A stretch of DNA of 17,459 nt from Candidatus Subterrananammoxibius californiae (GTDB lineage Bacteria; Planctomycetota; Brocadiia; Brocadiales; Subterrananammoxibiaceae): NCBI GenBank assembly GCA_030586555.1, contig JAURAC010000020.1:1-17459 (forward strand). The letters are read 5' to 3'. The notes beneath the pieces were generated by a model, which worked only from the letters and a program-made list of their open reading frames with translations, was not told where the DNA came from and did no database searches. Positions 13,863 to 17,459 of the stretch are shown here, one piece after another. The position numbers and the translations under genes are program-made. Position 1 is the first letter of the stretch. Every line of letters starts with the position of its first letter.

Positions 13863-14702
13863 TTATATCACCCCCGCCTCCCTGAGTGAACGCACTAATT
13901 CTTTAGCGACTTCTTGTGGTTCTCCGCCAATTATCTTACCAGCCTTTCTCTGGGGTGGTAATTCTAATTTCGCAAGGCGTAGTAGGGGCGACCGGCCGGT
14001 CGCCCCTACTACGATTGTCTCACATGGTTTTTGTTTTGCCTTCATTATGCCTGGCAATGTTGCATAACGGGGTTCGTTTAGTCCTTTCTGGCAGGTAAAG
14101 GCGGCTGGCAAGGTGCATTCGACTACCTCTATCCCGCCTTCTATCTGCCTGTGGGCAATAGCTTTCCTTGCATTCGCATCAATCTCCAGCTTATTAATTA
14201 CTGCCACGTGGGGAATGTTAAGAAGTTCTGCCAATTCTATTCCTACCGCTCCATTATCATCGTCAACAGCCTGCTTGCCACAGAGGATAATATCGTAAGG
14301 AATCCTTTTTATGGCTTCGGAGAGTATTAATGCGGTGGTGTAAGAGTCTATACCTTCAAATTGAGATTGCTTCGGGGCTTCGCCCCTCGCAATGACATCC
14401 TTAGGTGAGAAGTCTCCCTTAATGTGGACGGCATCATCGGCGCCCATTGCAAGACAGCTTCGAATAGCCTCTGTAGCCCTGTCTGGACCCATAGAGATTA
14501 TAGTAACCTTTCCACCGCCGAGCCCCGCCCCACTAATGGCGGGCAGGCTTTCCTTTATCCTTAATGCCTCTTCTACGGCAAATTCGTCGTAAGGATTGAC
14601 CACATAGGTAAGGTTAGACGTGTCAATACCTGTTCCTGAGGAATCAATCTTTATCTGGGCTTCGGTTGATGGAACCTGTTTAACGCAAACTACTATATTC
14701 AC
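13863..14702 (-). CDS. etfB: Electron transfer flavoprotein beta subunit with three repeat-derived segments
   Basis: Motifs IVVCVKQVP, NPYDEFAVEEALR, AMGADDA, ILCGKQAVDDD and NEPRYATLPGIMKAK. Confidence 0.95.
   Translation of the reverse strand: MNIVVCVKQVPSTEAQIKIDSSGTGIDTSNLTYVVNPYDEFAVEEALRIKESLPAISGAGLGGGKVTIISMGPDRATEAIRSCLAMGADDAVHIKGDFSPKDVIARGEAPKQSQFEGIDSYTTALILSEAIKRIPYDIILCGKQAVDDDNGAVGIELAELLNIPHVAVINKLEIDANARKAIAHRQIEGGIEVVECTLPAAFTCQKGLNEPRYATLPGIMKAKQKPCETIVVGATGRSPLLRLAKLELPPQRKAGKIIGGEPQEVAKELVRSLREAGVI
13978..14013. repeat. Perfect 36-bp GTAG-type palindrome in frame in etfB (encodes VVGATGRSPLL)
   Basis: CGTAGTAGGGGCGACCGG|CCGGTCGCCCCTACTACG, with no loop and no mismatch. 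Confidence 0.92.
14363..14397. repeat. GTCA-type REP in frame in etfB (encodes VIARGEAPKQS)
   Basis: Minus strand TGTCATTGCGAGGGGCGAAGCCCCGAAGCAATCTC, 31/35 identical to 1742-1776. Confidence 0.87.
14521..14549. repeat. GC-rich imperfect palindrome in frame in etfB (encodes SLPAISGAGL)
   Basis: Minus strand AGCCTGCCCGCCATTAGTGGGGCGGGGCT. Falls in the normally short loop between ALR.KE and G.VT. Confidence 0.6.
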
Positions 14703-14735
14703 TATTGGCTATTCCCTATTGGCTGTTACTATTTG
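14702..14735. repeat. Heptamer array filling the crotonase-etfB spacer
   Basis: CTATTGG CTATTCC CTATTGG CTGTTA CTATTTG. Overlaps the crotonase TAG and abuts the etfB GTG. Confidence 0.65.
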
Positions 14736-15523
14736 TCCTTGAACCTTGGCTGGCGTTTTTCGAGAAAGGCAGAAAGCCCTTCACGTGCATCTTCCGTATT
14801 AAGAGCCTGTGAGAAAAGGTAAGATTCCAGGGTTAATCCATCCCTGAATGAGCGTTCTAACCCTTCGGTAATGGCTTTTAATGCAAGCGATATTGCTGGT
14901 AAACTTTTGGCAGCAATCTTTTCTCCAATGGTTTTAGCAACGTTCATGAGTTCGGCTTCCGACGTTACGCAGCCAATTAATCCAATTGAATGCGCCTCTT
15001 TCGCTGTAATCATGTCACCCGTCAAAATCATCTGAATGGCTTTTGCCTGACCCACTATGCGAGGAAGACGTTGAGTGCCGCCGAAACCTGGAATTATTGC
15101 AAGATTAATCTCTGGTTGACCGAGTTTGGCTTGTTCGCTTGCTATTCTAATATGGCATGCCATAGCAAGTTCAAGTCCACCTCCGAGGCAGAATCCATTT
15201 ATTGCGGCTATTACAGGCTTGTTACAATACTGGATTTTGTTCAGGAGTCGTTGACCATTAGCGCAAAATTTGGTAACCTTATCAGCCTGTCCGCCGGAGG
15301 CGGAAAGGGCGGATAATTCCTTAATATCCGCCCCTGCGCTGAAAAACTTACCGCTTCCTGTGATTATGATTACCTTAGTTTCCCCATCGACTGCCAATTC
15401 ATCGAGCGCCTTATCAAGCTCTGTTAGTACCTGTGCAGATAAGGCATTTGCAGGGGGATTATTAACGGTAATAGTTGCCACCTTATTTTTGACACTACAA
15501 GTTATATGCTGGCTAACCATCAT
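14729..15523 (-). CDS. crt: Enoyl-CoA hydratase (crotonase family)
   Basis: Motifs NNPPANAL, FSAGADIKE, KPVIAAINGFCLGGGLELAMAC.IRIA, GQPEINL.IIPGFGGTQRLPR and DAREG..AFLEKR.P.F. Confidence 0.92.
   Translation of the reverse strand: MMVSQHITCSVKNKVATITVNNPPANALSAQVLTELDKALDELAVDGETKVIIITGSGKFFSAGADIKELSALSASGGQADKVTKFCANGQRLLNKIQYCNKPVIAAINGFCLGGGLELAMACHIRIASEQAKLGQPEINLAIIPGFGGTQRLPRIVGQAKAIQMILTGDMITAKEAHSIGLIGCVTSEAELMNVAKTIGEKIAAKSLPAISLALKAITEGLERSFRDGLTLESYLFSQALNTEDAREGLSAFLEKRQPRFKDK
15289..15307. repeat. TCCGCC-N3-GGCGGA mini-hairpin in frame in the crotonase (encodes LSASGG)
   Basis: GTCCGCCGGAGGCGGAAAG is 17/19 identical to 12175-12193. Confidence 0.7.
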
Positions 15524-15539
15524 TTATCCGAGCAAATTA

Positions 15540-15587
15540 ACCACCCCATCAATCCCCTCCTTCACAAGGAGGGGATAAAGGGGAGGT
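15540..15587. repeat. CCCC/GGGG hairpin repeat, intergenic between dodecin and crotonase
   Basis: ACCACCCCATCAATCCCCTCCTTCACAAGGAGGGGATAAAGGGGAGGT. Free-standing relative of the gcvT in-frame copies. Confidence 0.88.
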
Positions 15588-15606
15588 CTACGACTCAAGA
15601 CTCCCT

Positions 15607-15810
15607 TCAGTCTTCTAAGATAAAGGTAATATCCATTGTAACCCTGTATTCAACAATCTTGCCATCTTCTATCTTTGCCTTGTGCTCAACCACGTGTAAG
15701 CCTGTTATTCCCCTTAAGGTCTTATTTGCCCTCTTTAGTCCTTCCTGTACAGCTTCATGCCATCCTTTTGGCGATGAAGCCACTATCCTTGTAACCCTTG
15801 CTACTGCCAT
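15607..15810 (-). CDS. Dodecin family (flavin-binding) protein
   Basis: 67 aa with the pattern VARVTRIVASSPKGW.EAV..G..RA.KTLR.I...V...K..IEDG.I.EYRV...I.F.LE. AGGAGG lies 8 nt before ATG 15810. Confidence 0.9.
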   Translation of the reverse strand: MAVARVTRIVASSPKGWHEAVQEGLKRANKTLRGITGLHVVEHKAKIEDGKIVEYRVTMDITFILED

Positions 15811-15828
15811 TTTCTTTGCCTCCTTTCT

Positions 15829-15885
15829 GGTAGACAACGAACTTTATGTTCGTTGATTCAACGAGGTAAAACCTCGTTGTCTACC
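15829..15885. repeat. 57-bp GTAG-type REP doublet (REPIN-like), copy 2
   Basis: GGTAGACAACGAACTTTATGTTCGTTGATTCAACGAGGTAAAACCTCGTTGTCTACC, 54/57 identical to 1253-1309. Confidence 0.9.
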
Positions 15886-15949
15886 GAATTATAATCAATC
15901 CGCCTAAAGTTTAGTAACCATTTATAAAGAGTTGTAACTGCTTTTTATT

Positions 15950-16504
15950 TCATTTTTCACCAGTGTCCTTCGCGGGTAGAATGCGAGACAATGTTTTTTC
16001 GTGCACATCAAGGTCTTTTTGACTGTGAAGCACAAATCGAATTTTTTTGACATGCTTTAGTTTTGGAATCGTCTCTTTAATCGTCTTAAAAGCCACCTCT
16101 GCCGCATCTTCCACGGGATAACCAAATGCGCCAGCAGAGATGGCGGGGAAGGCGATTGAATCTATCTTGTGTTGGTCGGCAAGCTTGAGCGCATTACGAT
16201 AGCAATTTGCGAGAAGCTTACTTTCAGGCTTATCCACGCCATAAACGGGTCCCAGGCAATGGATGACATAGCGATTCGGAAGATTGTGCCCACCGGTGAT
16301 AACTGCTTCCCCGGGGCTTATAGGCGCTAAAGGACGGCACTCTTCCTCAAGACCGGGACCTGCGGCACGGTGAATCGCCCCTGCTACGCCACCGCCCATC
16401 ATAAGCTCTGCATTAGCCGCATTCGCAACAGCAGTAATGTCTGACTGTGAAGCAATATCACCCTTAATACACTCTACGGTGATACCAGATATTGTCTTTC
16501 CCAT
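15950..16504 (-). CDS. Macro domain protein (ADP-ribose binding/hydrolase, YmdB-like)
   Basis: Motifs GDI, NAANAEL..GGGVAGAIHRAAGP, GEAVIT.G.NL...VIH..GPVY and SIAFPAISAGAFGYP. Confidence 0.93.
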   Translation of the reverse strand: MGKTISGITVECIKGDIASQSDITAVANAANAELMMGGGVAGAIHRAAGPGLEEECRPLAPISPGEAVITGGHNLPNRYVIHCLGPVYGVDKPESKLLANCYRNALKLADQHKIDSIAFPAISAGAFGYPVEDAAEVAFKTIKETIPKLKHVKKIRFVLHSQKDLDVHEKTLSRILPAKDTGEK

Positions 16505-16592
16505 ATCAACTTAACCTCATCTTTGACGCACAATGTTTTATAGTTTCGCTTAATGCACGCTACTTGCAAACTTATTTTGCAAAGTGGGTATT

Positions 16593-16823
16593 TTACAACC
16601 GATTCCATTCATCAGCAGTGATTTTACGACCTATTATCTCTTCTACTTCTCGAATCATCATTCGAAGCTGTGGCATAGAATACTCAGTATTGGATGGAAT
16701 GGACAGCCGGTATTGTTCATAGACCATAAACTGATGCCTGGTTCCAGAAAATGGACCATCAAAACCAAGTTTTCGTAACCGACGCACAAAATCTCGACGT
16801 TTACATGGTATCCACCGGCTCAC
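16593..16823 (-). CDS. hicA: HicA family toxin
   Basis: Pattern FVRRLRKLGF.GP.SG.RHQFM......L.IP. Overlaps the 3' end of the upstream hicB. Confidence 0.8.
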   Translation of the reverse strand: MSRWIPCKRRDFVRRLRKLGFDGPFSGTRHQFMVYEQYRLSIPSNTEYSMPQLRMMIREVEEIIGRKITADEWNRL

Positions 16824-17076
16824 GGATTGGCTTCCTGTTTAAATCAATACCACCAATAACTGGCAATGGATGTCCAAGCTTCAACCCCACTAAAATCCAA
16901 TCTTCGAGCGTTGAACGTAACTCTTCCTCGCATTTACGTAAAGTGGTACCAAACGCCACGACTCCTTTACAGGAAGGGATTCGTCCAGTAAACGTACCAT
17001 CATCAAGCTTATCATAAATGGCTTGTGTCATAGCCTGCACCACATACTCGCTCAGGATGTATCGTATTTCAGGCAC
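16801..17076 (-). CDS. hicB: HicB family antitoxin
   Basis: Pattern DDGTFTG.IP.C.GV.A.G.TL..C.EEL...LEDWI......G.PLP. AGGAGG RBS before the GTG start. Confidence 0.85.
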   Translation of the reverse strand: MPEIRYILSEYVVQAMTQAIYDKLDDGTFTGRIPSCKGVVAFGTTLRKCEEELRSTLEDWILVGLKLGHPLPVIGGIDLNRKPIREPVDTM

Positions 17077-17293
17077 TATATACCTCCTATTTCAGGTTAA
17101 ATCTACAAGATTGAACCAGTGATAAAGTCACCCGAACTCTTGAGAAACGCAATCATCACTTTAGCAGTAATTGTTGCATCCTTGTCATGCGATAACTTTA
17201 AGTCCCGACTTCGAATTGTTGAACGGCTATAAATTTCATAGAAACGGGCTCTTCTTCATTAGTAAAGGTCTTACTGCATTATCATTTTCAATC

Positions 17294-17458
17294 CTAACTT
17301 ATTCTCTCCTCCACTAAATAAATGTCTAAACCTCTATGTACAAGGTAATGGAAACTATCAGAAGAATCAAAGACAATTCTTCTCTTGTAGACCTTAATAA
17401 TGCAATCGTACTGCTTACCTTCTTCCCCATCTACAACTACGAACTCCTTATTGCCTTC
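17294..17458 (-). CDS. 3' end of a CDS running off the window, possibly a beta-propeller/WD40-like repeat protein
   Basis: Open frame EGNKEFVVVDGEEGKQYDCIIKVYKRRIVFDSSDSFHYLVHRGLDIYLVEERIS*. The product is a guess. Confidence 0.55.
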   Translation of the reverse strand, partial: EGNKEFVVVDGEEGKQYDCIIKVYKRRIVFDSSDSFHYLVHRGLDIYLVEERIS

Positions 17459-17459
17459 T

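Noticed and set aside
13916..14098. Plus-strand ORF sharing VVGATGRSPLLR with EtfB
   Set aside because: The shared peptide is a consequence of the perfect palindrome. It is a shadow ORF.
15506..15856. 116-aa plus-strand ORF, and the MSTRKEAKK extension of dodecin
   Set aside because: The ORF is antisense to dodecin and runs through two repeats. The extension starts inside the REP doublet, upstream of a clear AGGAGG.
314..17017. Other short antisense or alternate-frame ORFs in the track (e.g. 671-1048, 2890-3243, 8376-8705, 11523-11951, 14990-15316)
   Set aside because: They lie over well-supported genes and show no recognisable motifs.
17127..17190. GTCACCCGAACT and TGTCATGCG as further GTCA-type REPs
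   Set aside because: The matches are too short and have no complementary arm.

Overview
Bacterial housekeeping region, almost all on the minus strand: hicB-hicA, a macro-domain protein, dodecin, enoyl-CoA hydratase, etfB, 3-hydroxybutyryl-CoA dehydrogenase, the glycine cleavage genes gcvT, gcvH, gcvPA and gcvPB, and a lipoate-ligase family gene. It converges on a partial trkH on the plus strand. The region is unusually full of small repeats: GTAG- and GTCA-type REP-like palindromes, CCCC/GGGG hairpins, TCCGCC-N3-GGCGGA mini-hairpins, 7-bp-period arrays, a 57-bp REP doublet present twice, and a 132-bp MITE with a 5-bp target duplication. About a dozen of these lie in frame inside apparently intact enzymes (LplA-like, GcvT, EtfB, crotonase). 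Most gene junctions carry co-oriented cargo: two REP-associated tyrosine transposase remnants, a four-helix-bundle gene flanked by inverted heptamer arrays, an MNT antitoxin with a truncated HepT toxin, a HEPN-motif protein, and a secreted 8-repeat Trp-rich protein. All product calls come from motif recognition by eye; no database search was run.
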